Positions 1 to 8,445 of a stretch of 37,050 nucleotides of DNA are shown piece by piece. The position numbers and the translations under genes were made by a program. Location of the stretch: positions 1-37,050 of the forward strand of contig CACZSY010000098.1 of the NCBI GenBank assembly GCA_902783965.1, read 5' to 3'. The stretch comes from an uncultured Lachnospiraceae bacterium (GTDB lineage: Bacteria > Bacillota > Clostridia > Lachnospirales > Lachnospiraceae). The first letter of the stretch is position 1; every line of letters begins with the position of its first letter. The notes beneath the pieces are model-generated. The model saw nothing but the letters and a program-made list of their open reading frames with translations, was not told the DNA's origin and did not search any database.

Positions 1-38
1 CGCCGCGCCGGGGTGCGCCCGGCGTCAGCCGGGAATAC

Positions 39-61
39 TCCCTGCGCACCCCGTGTGCATA
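39..61. repeat. Copy 1 of a 23 nt GC-rich intergenic motif, TCCCTGCGCACCCCGTGTGCATA. Copy 2 is at 36677-36699.
   Basis: 22 of 23 nt are identical between the copies. Both lie directly beside the terminator hairpin of a minus-strand gene. Copy 1 sits inside a larger GC-rich palindrome (GGGGTGCGC...GCGCACCCC, positions 10-52). Confidence 0.7.
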
Positions 62-97
62 AGAAGAAATCGAGCCTGGCGGAATACCGTCAGGCTC
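61..97 (-). terminator. Rho-independent terminator of the GH13 / SGNH / DUF4358 operon
   Basis: Stem GAGCCTG (72-78) pairs with CAGGCTC (91-97). On the minus strand it is followed by AUUUCUUCUU, about 10 nt after the stop at 108. Confidence 0.6.
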
Positions 98-107
98 AAA
101 AAATTCT

Positions 108-662
108 TTACATTCCCAAATCTTTTAAGATATCTTTTACCTTATCCGAATTTCTTGATATTACCATTACCACGATCGCCTGATCAGGATAAGAATAGAT
201 TGCTGATGCCTTAAGTTTTTCAACCTCCGGCGGATTATATGTCTCACACTGTTCTATCTGATCTTTCATATATACGTCGATAGCTTTTTCAACTTCTTCA
301 AGATAAGATGCTTCTTTAAACTTTGCAACATACAAAGCATTGGTTGTTGCGCCCGATCCGGTATATCCTATCGACTCTTCCACCTTTGAAGAATCAATAT
401 CGAGCATCTGCTCAAATACTTCAACATCAATCTCCGTCACGGCATCATCAGAAAAATCTCCGTTGGCTGCTATCTTTTCACCGATCTTGCGTATCTGTGA
501 TTTATCTGACTTGTCTTCTTCCTTATTTTCGGAATCGCCTTTCTTTGTCTCTTCTTTTCCTGTCTCTTCGCTCTTCTTTTTATCATCCTTTTTGTCTGAC
601 GAACAAGCGCACAGACTGAAAACAAGTATGAGCATTGTAAGAGCCAATAATACTTTTTTCAT
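108..662 (-). CDS. Secreted lipoprotein, DUF4358-like
   Basis: Lipobox signal peptide (MKKVLLALTMLILVFSLCAC), a Lys/Glu/Asp-rich linker, and a C-terminal region resembling DUF4358 proteins of Clostridia. Family assignment is from memory. Confidence 0.6.
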   Translation of the reverse strand: MKKVLLALTMLILVFSLCACSSDKKDDKKKSEETGKEETKKGDSENKEEDKSDKSQIRKIGEKIAANGDFSDDAVTEIDVEVFEQMLDIDSSKVEESIGYTGSGATTNALYVAKFKEASYLEEVEKAIDVYMKDQIEQCETYNPPEVEKLKASAIYSYPDQAIVVMVISRNSDKVKDILKDLGM

Positions 663-699
663 TTCTTCTCCTCTTCTTTCCTTTATCGATGATTCTTGG

Positions 700-1611
700 C
701 TATACCGTATGCGTCTTCAGGTATTCAAGCCATTTCTTGCAATATGTCGGTCCAAGATGTATACCGTCCGTAGATGCGTCTGCGAACAGGAAGCCGTCAT
801 CATCTGTCAGGAATTCATTTAACTGCAGGTAATTTACTTCCTCTTCCTTAACCATATCCACAAGCATTCCGTTCATCTTGTTGACATTGTCTTTGGTAAA
901 TATGTCATTGCCGTCATTTTTCTTCTTGCTTACCTGAATGACTTCCATAACATAGATCACTACGCCGTCGCCCTGAGTCTTCTTAACCTTTTCTATAAGC
1001 TCCTTATAACGCTTAATAAATGTCGGATAAGAACCCCAGCCGAGCTCGTTTACGCCAAGCTTGATATATACCTTCTTGAACTTGTTCTTCTCCAGGGCTT
1101 CGAATACGGTGAGTTTATTGCTGCCGCTCTTAATGAACTTGGTCTTCTGTACCTGTGTTACATTAAGTCCTTTGTAAGTATAGAAAGTGGCGTTCTTGAC
1201 CCCCGACTGAAGCCTGAAGCCTTCCACCCTCGAATCGCCTATGAAAAGGGCGTCCTTAAAATAATCATCATCAACCGCTTTGCTCTCTTTAACCGCTATC
1301 TCAGCTCCCGGTCCTGGTGTTTTCTGAGTTTTTGAAGGATCATCCGGATCCGTCGGTTCATCGGGATCATCCGGTTTCTGTGTTTCTACCGGTTCTGTCT
1401 GCGCTGAAGGATCATTCAGATCTTCCTTAACTTCGTCTTCACCCTTCTCGCCCGTCTCATCAGTTTTTTCCGAATTCTCCATTACCTTCTCTCTTCTGCC
1501 TGCCGCCGGTTCTTTTTCTTCATTCTGTCCGGTAAACAGCATTATCGACATGGTAACGGAGGAAAAAACAAGTACTGCCGCAAGAAGAAGCGCCAAAAAT
1601 CTTCTGTCCAT
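700..1611 (-). CDS. Membrane-anchored SGNH/GDSL-family hydrolase
   Basis: N-terminal TM helix and an acidic Pro-rich linker. SGNH blocks are present: FIGDSRVEG (block I), GVNELG (block III) and DGIHL (block V). Confidence 0.7.
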   Translation of the reverse strand: MDRRFLALLLAAVLVFSSVTMSIMLFTGQNEEKEPAAGRREKVMENSEKTDETGEKGEDEVKEDLNDPSAQTEPVETQKPDDPDEPTDPDDPSKTQKTPGPGAEIAVKESKAVDDDYFKDALFIGDSRVEGFRLQSGVKNATFYTYKGLNVTQVQKTKFIKSGSNKLTVFEALEKNKFKKVYIKLGVNELGWGSYPTFIKRYKELIEKVKKTQGDGVVIYVMEVIQVSKKKNDGNDIFTKDNVNKMNGMLVDMVKEEEVNYLQLNEFLTDDDGFLFADASTDGIHLGPTYCKKWLEYLKTHTV

Positions 1612-1632
1612 TAAATCATCCTCTATTCGTTT

Positions 1633-3756
1633 TTAAATATTTATATTTTTAATAATGACCGCTCCGTATGCCGGAAGCGTCAGCGTGAGCACTCCGTTTT
1701 CCGCGTAATAGAAAGCCGCGCTCAGATCATGCCCGTTCTCGGTTGTAAGAATAAGTCTTACCAGTCTGTCCTCATCTTCAATTCCAAGCTCCATGACATT
1801 TATCTTCATTGTAAGCTCATCAAAATGATTGTTAAGAGCAACTATTATCTTGTCTTTCTCATCAAACCTCGCGTAGCTCATATACATCGGTCCTCCGCCG
1901 AGGAACACTATCGAGCCGCGCTTAAGTGCATTATAACTCTTATGTATCCTGATAAGCTCACGATGGACATCTATAAGTTCTTTATCCTCATGTCCCCACG
2001 GATAGGTTCTTCTGTTGTCCGGATCCGTCCATCCGCATACGCCCGCTTCATCTCCGTAGTACAGTGTCGGGGCTCCCGGCCATGTCATCTGGACTACTAC
2101 AGCTTCTTTGAACACGCCTTTATTGATATTGGCATTGGCTGCTTCAGGGCCTGCGGTCGCCGTCCTTCCCACCCTGCGGTTGGTTCTTGTAAGGAATCTT
2201 GAATGATCATGATTTGAAAGCTCATTCATGGCTACCTGTAAGGACTGTGTATTAAATTTTGCCATATGATGGTTCATGGCACCGAAAAATGCTTCGTGAT
2301 TACCGAGAAGATCTCCCCTGAACTCATCGCTGTGCTTTTCAAGTCCGGTCAAGAACCAGGTAATAGGTTCCATAAACGCGTCATAGTTCATAACGGTATC
2401 CCATTCACCGCCCGAAAGCCATGAACTCGGATCTCCGTAATGCTCCGCTATTATTATTGCCTCAGGATTGGCTTCTTTAACATTTTCTCTGAACATCTTC
2501 CAGAATTTGTGATTGTATTCCGAAGAATGTCCGAGATCCGCCGCAACGTCAAGTCTCCAGCCGTCTACATTATAAGGAGGGGAAACCCACTTGCGCGCTA
2601 TCCTCATGATATAATCCTGAAGCTTTTCCGAACCTTCATAATTCAGCTTAGGAAGAGTATCATGTCCCCACCAGCCGTCATAATTGTTATTGTACGGCCA
2701 GTTTCCTTCCCTGAACCTGAAGAAAGAAATATAAGGGCTTTCCTCAGAAACATAGGCTCCAGGTTCATAGCCCGGCTGTCCTTCATATATCCTTTCCTTA
2801 TCCATCCACTTGTTAAATGAACCGCAGTGGTTGAACACGCCGTCGAGGATCACTTTCATGCCTCTCGCATGGGCTTTTTCCACCAGCTGAGCGAACAATT
2901 CATTGCTCGCCTCAAGGTTTTCAAGCCCCGTAACCCTCTCAATATACTTAGTCGCATGCTTATTGTCTATGTCGTGCGGTGAAAGCACCTGACCCTCGTC
3001 TTTAACGATCTTTCCGAAATGCGGATCGATATAATCGTAGTCCTGAATATCATATTTATGATTGGACGGAGATACGAACAACGGGTTAAAATAAATGACT
3101 TCTATTCCCAGATCGGCCAGATAATCAAGTTTCTTAATAACTCCCGCAAGGTCACCGCCGTAAAATTCACGCACACCCATAGCGGCAGGATATTTATTCC
3201 AGTCGGTAACTTCGCTGACATGCTCTCCGATATAGGAATATTCCCTGTCAACTACATCATTGGTCTTGTCGCCGTTGCAGAAACGGTCTACGTATATCTG
3301 ATACATTACAGCGCCCTTAGCCCAGTCAGGAGTCTTAAATCCCGGCATTATGGAGAAGGAAAGCCACTCGTTAATATCGCGCGATATTCCTTTCTTATTA
3401 TAGTAGCACGTTATGGCGCCGCATCTGATCTCAAAATAATAGTCAATCCTGGCTTCCGTAGTCCTGATCACAGCTTCATAATAATCGAAGTGTTTCTCGG
3501 AATATGCCAGATACATCTCGATCTTTTCAATCCTGTCTTCAGTGCGACAGACAAGCATGACAGAATCCACATTCTCTCTTGCCGTCCTGAATCTTATCCT
3601 TACCTCTTCATAAGGCATAGGCTCGCACGGACTCCGAAACATCTCGGTGCCATCTGAAAACAAAGCTCTCTTATTTAAAATAGGACGCATGGCTTCAATA
3701 TAAAACCTGATCTTGTCCCTGTGTGTCATATTCTCAAATCTATAACTTATGTCCAT
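1633..3756 (-). CDS. GH13 alpha-amylase-family enzyme (neopullulanase/cyclomaltodextrinase-like), cytoplasmic, 707 aa
   Basis: GH13 conserved regions DGVFNHCG, GWRLDVAADL, IIAEHYGD and NHDHSR. No signal peptide. SD GGAG lies upstream of the ATG. Confidence 0.9.
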   Translation of the reverse strand: MDISYRFENMTHRDKIRFYIEAMRPILNKRALFSDGTEMFRSPCEPMPYEEVRIRFRTARENVDSVMLVCRTEDRIEKIEMYLAYSEKHFDYYEAVIRTTEARIDYYFEIRCGAITCYYNKKGISRDINEWLSFSIMPGFKTPDWAKGAVMYQIYVDRFCNGDKTNDVVDREYSYIGEHVSEVTDWNKYPAAMGVREFYGGDLAGVIKKLDYLADLGIEVIYFNPLFVSPSNHKYDIQDYDYIDPHFGKIVKDEGQVLSPHDIDNKHATKYIERVTGLENLEASNELFAQLVEKAHARGMKVILDGVFNHCGSFNKWMDKERIYEGQPGYEPGAYVSEESPYISFFRFREGNWPYNNNYDGWWGHDTLPKLNYEGSEKLQDYIMRIARKWVSPPYNVDGWRLDVAADLGHSSEYNHKFWKMFRENVKEANPEAIIIAEHYGDPSSWLSGGEWDTVMNYDAFMEPITWFLTGLEKHSDEFRGDLLGNHEAFFGAMNHHMAKFNTQSLQVAMNELSNHDHSRFLTRTNRRVGRTATAGPEAANANINKGVFKEAVVVQMTWPGAPTLYYGDEAGVCGWTDPDNRRTYPWGHEDKELIDVHRELIRIHKSYNALKRGSIVFLGGGPMYMSYARFDEKDKIIVALNNHFDELTMKINVMELGIEDEDRLVRLILTTENGHDLSAAFYYAENGVLTLTLPAYGAVIIKNINI

Positions 3757-3804
3757 AAAAAGCTCCCTGCAACCAAATATGATAACCTAAGTCTCGTATC
3801 TATT

Positions 3805-3833
3805 ATTTTATAATAATTTTTGATTTATTGCAA
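3805..3833 (-). promoter_or_regulatory. Sigma-70-type promoter for the GH13 gene at 1633-3756
   Basis: On the minus strand, TTGCAA, 17 nt, TAAAAT, about 45 nt upstream of the start codon. Confidence 0.5.
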
Positions 3834-3835
3834 GA

Positions 3836-3881
3836 AAAAAGGTAAAAAGGAAAGAGAACAGCTATTGGGGATGCTGTTCTC
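3836..3881 (-). terminator. Rho-independent terminator downstream of argF
   Basis: Stem GAGAACAGC (3854-3862) pairs with GCTGTTCTC (3873-3881). On the minus strand it is followed by UUUCCUUUUUACCUUUUUU. Confidence 0.7.
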
Positions 3882-4055
3882 TTTGGAGAAGGTATTTTGT
3901 TACTTATGGGGTGTAGCAAAAACTATATAATGTATTGGGGTTTACGGTTATTAGTATAGCATGATGTGCCGCTTAAGTGTGCACAAACTTTACAAAAATC
4001 GCATTGAGTTTTTGTGCACTTTTTCAGGTGATCTCAATTTTCTAATGCGTCCGGC

Positions 4056-5000
4056 CTAAATATTGCCCAAAGTTGCCACCATTACGGCCTTTATCGTGTG
4101 CATGCGGTTTTCAGCCTCATCAAAGATCACATCGGCATTTGCTTCAAATACTTCTTCTGTAACCTCATATCCTTTAACCGCAGGCAGGCAGTGAAGAAGT
4201 ATGGTTCTCTCATTTTCCGTCTTCGCCATAAGCTCTTTATTAACCTGATACGGTCTTAACAGAGCTATTCTTTCAGCAGCAAGGTCTTCCTCGCCCATTG
4301 AGCACCAGACGTCTGTGTATAAAGCGTCCGCTCCCTTTACTGACATGATATCATCGGATACGGTTATCTTTGATCCCGATTCCCTGGCATATTCAGAACA
4401 AAGTTCTACCAGTTCATTGCTCGGCCACAGCTGCTTAGGCGCAAGAATGGTAATATTTACGCCCATCTTTGCGGAACCTATCATTAAGGAATTCGCCATA
4501 TTGTTTCTTCCGTCGCCGACAAAGACAAGATTAAGTCCTTTAAGTTCTCCGAACTGTTCCCTTAAAGTAAGGAAATCCGCAAGTATCTGTGTCGGATGAT
4601 ATTCATCGGTAAGTCCGTTCCATACAGGAACGCCGCTGTATTTCGCGAGCTTTTCAACGTTCTCCTGCTTGAACCCACGGAATTCTATTCCGTCGAACAT
4701 TCTTCCGAGAACACGCGCTGTGTCCTCAACGCTCTCCTTATGTCCGAGCTGGATATCATCTCTTCCCAGATATTCAGGATGTCCTCCCTCGTCAACGCAT
4801 CCGATGGTAAATGAGCACCTTGTCCTCGTTGACGGTTTTTCAAAAATAAGAGCGATATTCTTGCCCTTCAAACTGTTTCCGGTAATTCCCTTCTTCTTGT
4901 CGGCTTTAAGCTTTGCCGCAAGATTTAAAAGATAATCTATCTCTTCCGGAGAAAAATCCTTTAACGTAAGGAATGAACGTCCCTTTAAACTGATCGCCAT
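4056..5000 (-). CDS. argF: Ornithine carbamoyltransferase
   Basis: STRTRCSF carbamoyl-phosphate motif, [17 protein letters not shown] and LHCLPA motifs. Length 314 aa. Confidence 0.9.
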   Translation of the reverse strand: MAISLKGRSFLTLKDFSPEEIDYLLNLAAKLKADKKKGITGNSLKGKNIALIFEKPSTRTRCSFTIGCVDEGGHPEYLGRDDIQLGHKESVEDTARVLGRMFDGIEFRGFKQENVEKLAKYSGVPVWNGLTDEYHPTQILADFLTLREQFGELKGLNLVFVGDGRNNMANSLMIGSAKMGVNITILAPKQLWPSNELVELCSEYARESGSKITVSDDIMSVKGADALYTDVWCSMGEEDLAAERIALLRPYQVNKELMAKTENERTILLHCLPAVKGYEVTEEVFEANADVIFDEAENRMHTIKAVMVATLGNI

Positions 5001-5122
5001 GATATATACCTCTTTCCGTGTAAAATAGTTTCGTAAAATAGAAAAAATACATTACCAATTTTACTCTCTTTTGCCGATTAATTCAAGAGAAAATTAAAGA
5101 CTTGCCTGCGGGTCTTCACGCC

Positions 5123-5151
5123 TTGACATCCCGCTCAGCTTATTCTATGAT
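5123..5151 (+). promoter_or_regulatory. Sigma-70 promoter of the LacI-family regulator gene
   Basis: TTGACA (5123-5128), 17 nt, TATGAT (5146-5151). Confidence 0.6.
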
Positions 5152-5210
5152 GATAACGGAGTCAAAAGGATATAAAGAAAAGATCCGTTCTCAAGGGTTC
5201 AAAAAATCGG

Positions 5211-6113
5211 ATGGTTTTGCATATGGAAAAGAAAGCAACAGTCAAAGATGTGGCAAAGGCGGCCGGCGTATCCGTCGCCACCGTATCTTATATAATGAAT
5301 AACAGGACCGATATGAAGATCAGCGAAGCTACCTGCAAAAAGGTCAGACAGATAGCCAATCTTCTGAATTACAAGCCGAGCCCGGCTGCCAAGACGCTGG
5401 TAACCGGACGCAACAACATGATAGGCGTCTCATACCGTTTAAGAGACGATCTTCCGTCAAGAAATCTTGAGATAACAGGTTTTGTCAACCTGCTTATCGA
5501 AAGACTCAACCGGCGTAAGATGGACGTGTTATACACCCCTGTCAACGCAAAGGAGGATAATCTCACTCCCAACGCGAACGTTGACGGCATAATCGCCGTC
5601 GATCTTTCCGAAGAAGAATTCAGGGAAATGTCCGGAGATTATTTAGTCCCCATCATAGCCGTCGACATGATAATCGACGATCCGCTGTTCTATCAGGTCA
5701 TTACCGACTATCCTCCAACAATAAAAAAGATCATGGAGGATGAACCCGAAAGCCTTCTTGTCCTCGAAGGCTGCAGCAATAAAAAATATATGGACTATAT
5801 CATGAACGGTCTGGACCCTTTCCGGATCCGCATAATAACCAACGCCGATACAGCAAGTCTTAAAGAACTCACGGGTAAAAAGCTTATCGTGATAGGTTCC
5901 TATCTGGCGCTCATGCTGCGTCCGTACATAAGCGATAAAGACATGACTGTGATCGCCACCGATAATTATTCACATCTTCTTCCGGACACAATGAACATCA
6001 TAGAAAATGACGCATCAAAAAAGGCCAATGTATCCATCAACCTGCTGATGAACGCCATCGACCGTAAATTTGAAGTTGCGCATTTCCATAAGATATCTTT
6101 ACAGGAGCCGTAA
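5211..6113 (+). CDS. LacI-family transcriptional regulator; likely regulator of the adjacent maltodextrin genes
   Basis: N-terminal HTH (ATVKDVAKAAGVSVATVSYIMNN) followed by a periplasmic-binding-protein-like sugar-binding fold. The start is ambiguous between ATG 5211 and ATG 5223. Confidence 0.85.
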   Translation: MVLHMEKKATVKDVAKAAGVSVATVSYIMNNRTDMKISEATCKKVRQIANLLNYKPSPAAKTLVTGRNNMIGVSYRLRDDLPSRNLEITGFVNLLIERLNRRKMDVLYTPVNAKEDNLTPNANVDGIIAVDLSEEEFREMSGDYLVPIIAVDMIIDDPLFYQVITDYPPTIKKIMEDEPESLLVLEGCSNKKYMDYIMNGLDPFRIRIITNADTASLKELTGKKLIVIGSYLALMLRPYISDKDMTVIATDNYSHLLPDTMNIIENDASKKANVSINLLMNAIDRKFEVAHFHKISLQEP

Positions 6114-6140
6114 GGCTACTGTTCTTTTATGCACACGGCT

Positions 6141-7001
6141 TTATTCTTTTACCGCTCCCGCGGATACTCCCTGAACGAGGAATCTTGAAAGCGCGAAATA
6201 AAGTGTGACTATAGGAACTGCCACGAATATCGAACCCGCCGCAAATCTTGTAAATTTCGTTTCGTCGAGATTCATAAGACCTACCGCGACCGTCCAGAGA
6301 TTCTTATTCTTGAGCAGCAGGCTCGGGAGTATGAAATCACTCCACGGCCACGCGAACTGAGTAAGCATCGTATACACTATTATAGGCTTTGAAAGAGGCA
6401 GTGTGATCGATCTGAATATCCTGGGATTGCCCGCGCCGTCTATCCTTGCCGCTTCATATATTGAATTGGGTATGGTATCAAAATATCCTTTCTGCACGAG
6501 GTACCCCATCGGAGCGCCGCCCGCGTAGATAAGCACGAGGCTTATCAGTTTATTGATCATACCGAAGTTGACCATCAGAAGATAAAGCGCCGTCATGCTC
6601 ATAAAGCTCGGGAACATGCTGAGTACGAGCGTAAGCTTCATCAGTCCCTTTCTGGACTTAAACTGGAATCTGCTCATGACATAAGCCGTAAGGATCACCA
6701 TTACGGTTCCGAGGACAGAAGAACATACCGACACAAAAAGCGTATTCTTGATCCACCTCGGGTAATCGTACATCGTTGTATCCGTGAAAAGCTGCCTGTA
6801 GGCGTCCGTTCCGAAATTCTTCGGAAAGAACCCCTCCAGATCGTAGATGGAACCGCTCTTTGAAAATGAAGCAAGCACCAGCCACAGCACCGGGAAGAAG
6901 AAAATGAAACAGACGGCGATCAGCACGATATAGGTAATGACCGTATCAAAAGACAGTTTTCCAATTTTTCTTTTCTTTTTGATCTTTTTGTCTTCTTTCA
7001 T
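6141..7001 (-). CDS. Sugar ABC transporter permease, MalG-like
   Basis: Six predicted TM segments and EAA loop EAARIDGAGNPRIFRSITLPL. Its start overlaps the upstream permease stop (ATGA). Confidence 0.9.
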   Translation of the reverse strand: MKEDKKIKKKRKIGKLSFDTVITYIVLIAVCFIFFFPVLWLVLASFSKSGSIYDLEGFFPKNFGTDAYRQLFTDTTMYDYPRWIKNTLFVSVCSSVLGTVMVILTAYVMSRFQFKSRKGLMKLTLVLSMFPSFMSMTALYLLMVNFGMINKLISLVLIYAGGAPMGYLVQKGYFDTIPNSIYEAARIDGAGNPRIFRSITLPLSKPIIVYTMLTQFAWPWSDFILPSLLLKNKNLWTVAVGLMNLDETKFTRFAAGSIFVAVPIVTLYFALSRFLVQGVSAGAVKE

Positions 7002-8389
7002 CTGAACGTATCCTCCTTCTTAAACGCCGCGCTCCTTACGTATACCGACAGCGAAACGATTGAAATAATAATGAAGATTATAAGGCTCAGCGCCGCGCCG
7101 ATTCCGTAATATTCATTATCGATGGACAGGTTGTACAGCCAGTTGATCAGAAGGTCCGTATCGCTTGCGAGGAAATATCCGTCGCAGATTATATGGCCTC
7201 TCAAGAAGTAGAAAATTCCGAAGTTATTGAAATTTCCTATAAAGGTCGTGATCAGCACAGGCGTTGTGGAGAAGATCACAAACGGCAGCGTGATCTTTGT
7301 AAACTGTTTCCATTTGGTAGCCCCGTCAATGCTTGCCGCTTCGTAAAGGTCGGTATTCATATTCGAAAGAATACCTGTCGCAAGAAGCATTGAAGACGGT
7401 ATCGAGATCCACGCGTTTACAAAAAGTCCGATGATCCTTGCTTTGATCCCCGCGTCTATATCCAGAAATCCTACCGGCGAAGCTCCGTTAAGCGTTATGT
7501 AGTAATTGATCGGCCCGCCGTAAGAAAACATGAATTTGAAAGCGAGCAGGGTTATGAATCCCGGAAGCGCGTAAGCCATGATCGGAAACACCCTGAAAAA
7601 CGTCTTGCCCTTGACACATTTTTTATTGAGCAGCAGTGCGAGGAACAGTCCGCCGAAATAATTTATGAGGGTGGACAGCACCGCCCATACCACGTTCCAT
7701 CTGAATATCTTAAAAAATGTATCCTTAAGCTTTCCTATGGTAAGTATGGTGCGGAAGTTGCCGAGTCCGTTCCAGTCTATCAGCTTCGGCGGTTTGATAT
7801 CGCCGCCGTAATTGGTAAATGCTATAAATATCATGAAGATTATCGGAAGCACATTGAACACCATGACTCCGATTATCGGTGGCGTCAGCGCCGCCTTGTA
7901 AAACTTGCGGTCCATAAAGTTACGGCATGCCTTAACAAATCCCGGCAGCTTCTTTCCCTCGGAAAGCCTTTTTTCTATCTCCATTATGTCATTGATATTT
8001 GATTTATAAAGCATAAGGAAAATGCCGATGATGACAAACGCGAGTATGCCGCGAAGCATCATCATGACCGAGTCGTCGCCTACGGTTCCAAGCCACGGAT
8101 CGCCCTCCACTGTACCGAGGGTATAGAAACCTTTGATATCCTCAATGCCGTTATTTATCATATAGATGACAAACGCCGCAAGCGCCCCCATATAGAGCAG
8201 GCCTTTGATCACCTGTTTCCTGACTATCTGTCCGAGTCCCATAACGACCAGGGATAGTTTGACCGGCCAGGTTGAATCGACCAGGACCGCTTTCAATCCC
8301 GAGATCAATCTGCCTGATCTTTTTCCCTTCTCCGTGTTGTCTAATTTCTTTTCTATGCTGTCCAATTTCTTTTCTTCCATCATGACCAC
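6998..8389 (-). CDS. Sugar ABC transporter permease, MalF-like
   Basis: Multi-TM protein with EAA loop EAASIDGATKWKQFTKITLP. Long N-terminal extension typical of MalF-type permeases. Ends with TGA. Confidence 0.9.
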   Translation of the reverse strand: MVMMEEKKLDSIEKKLDNTEKGKRSGRLISGLKAVLVDSTWPVKLSLVVMGLGQIVRKQVIKGLLYMGALAAFVIYMINNGIEDIKGFYTLGTVEGDPWLGTVGDDSVMMMLRGILAFVIIGIFLMLYKSNINDIMEIEKRLSEGKKLPGFVKACRNFMDRKFYKAALTPPIIGVMVFNVLPIIFMIFIAFTNYGGDIKPPKLIDWNGLGNFRTILTIGKLKDTFFKIFRWNVVWAVLSTLINYFGGLFLALLLNKKCVKGKTFFRVFPIMAYALPGFITLLAFKFMFSYGGPINYYITLNGASPVGFLDIDAGIKARIIGLFVNAWISIPSSMLLATGILSNMNTDLYEAASIDGATKWKQFTKITLPFVIFSTTPVLITTFIGNFNNFGIFYFLRGHIICDGYFLASDTDLLINWLYNLSIDNEYYGIGAALSLIIFIIISIVSLSVYVRSAAFKKEDTFR

Positions 8390-8445
8390 CTGATTTATAT
8401 GATCTGCGATCCAGCTCCCGCGCCGCGGGACCTGACGCCGGATTG

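Noticed and set aside
5102-5302. 66 aa plus-strand ORF upstream of and overlapping the LacI regulator gene
   Set aside because: It starts upstream of the predicted promoter and -10 element of the regulator gene, is out of frame with it, and has no recognisable motif or SD.
8390-8445. GC-rich hairpin (CCCGCG-CC-GCGGG region) between the solute-binding protein and permease genes, considered as a separate regulatory RNA
   Set aside because: Its position and size fit the common intra-operon stabiliser or partial terminator that raises binding-protein mRNA relative to permease mRNA. It shares the 10-mer CTGACGCCGG with the element at positions 1-60. On its own it is too short to support a distinct call.
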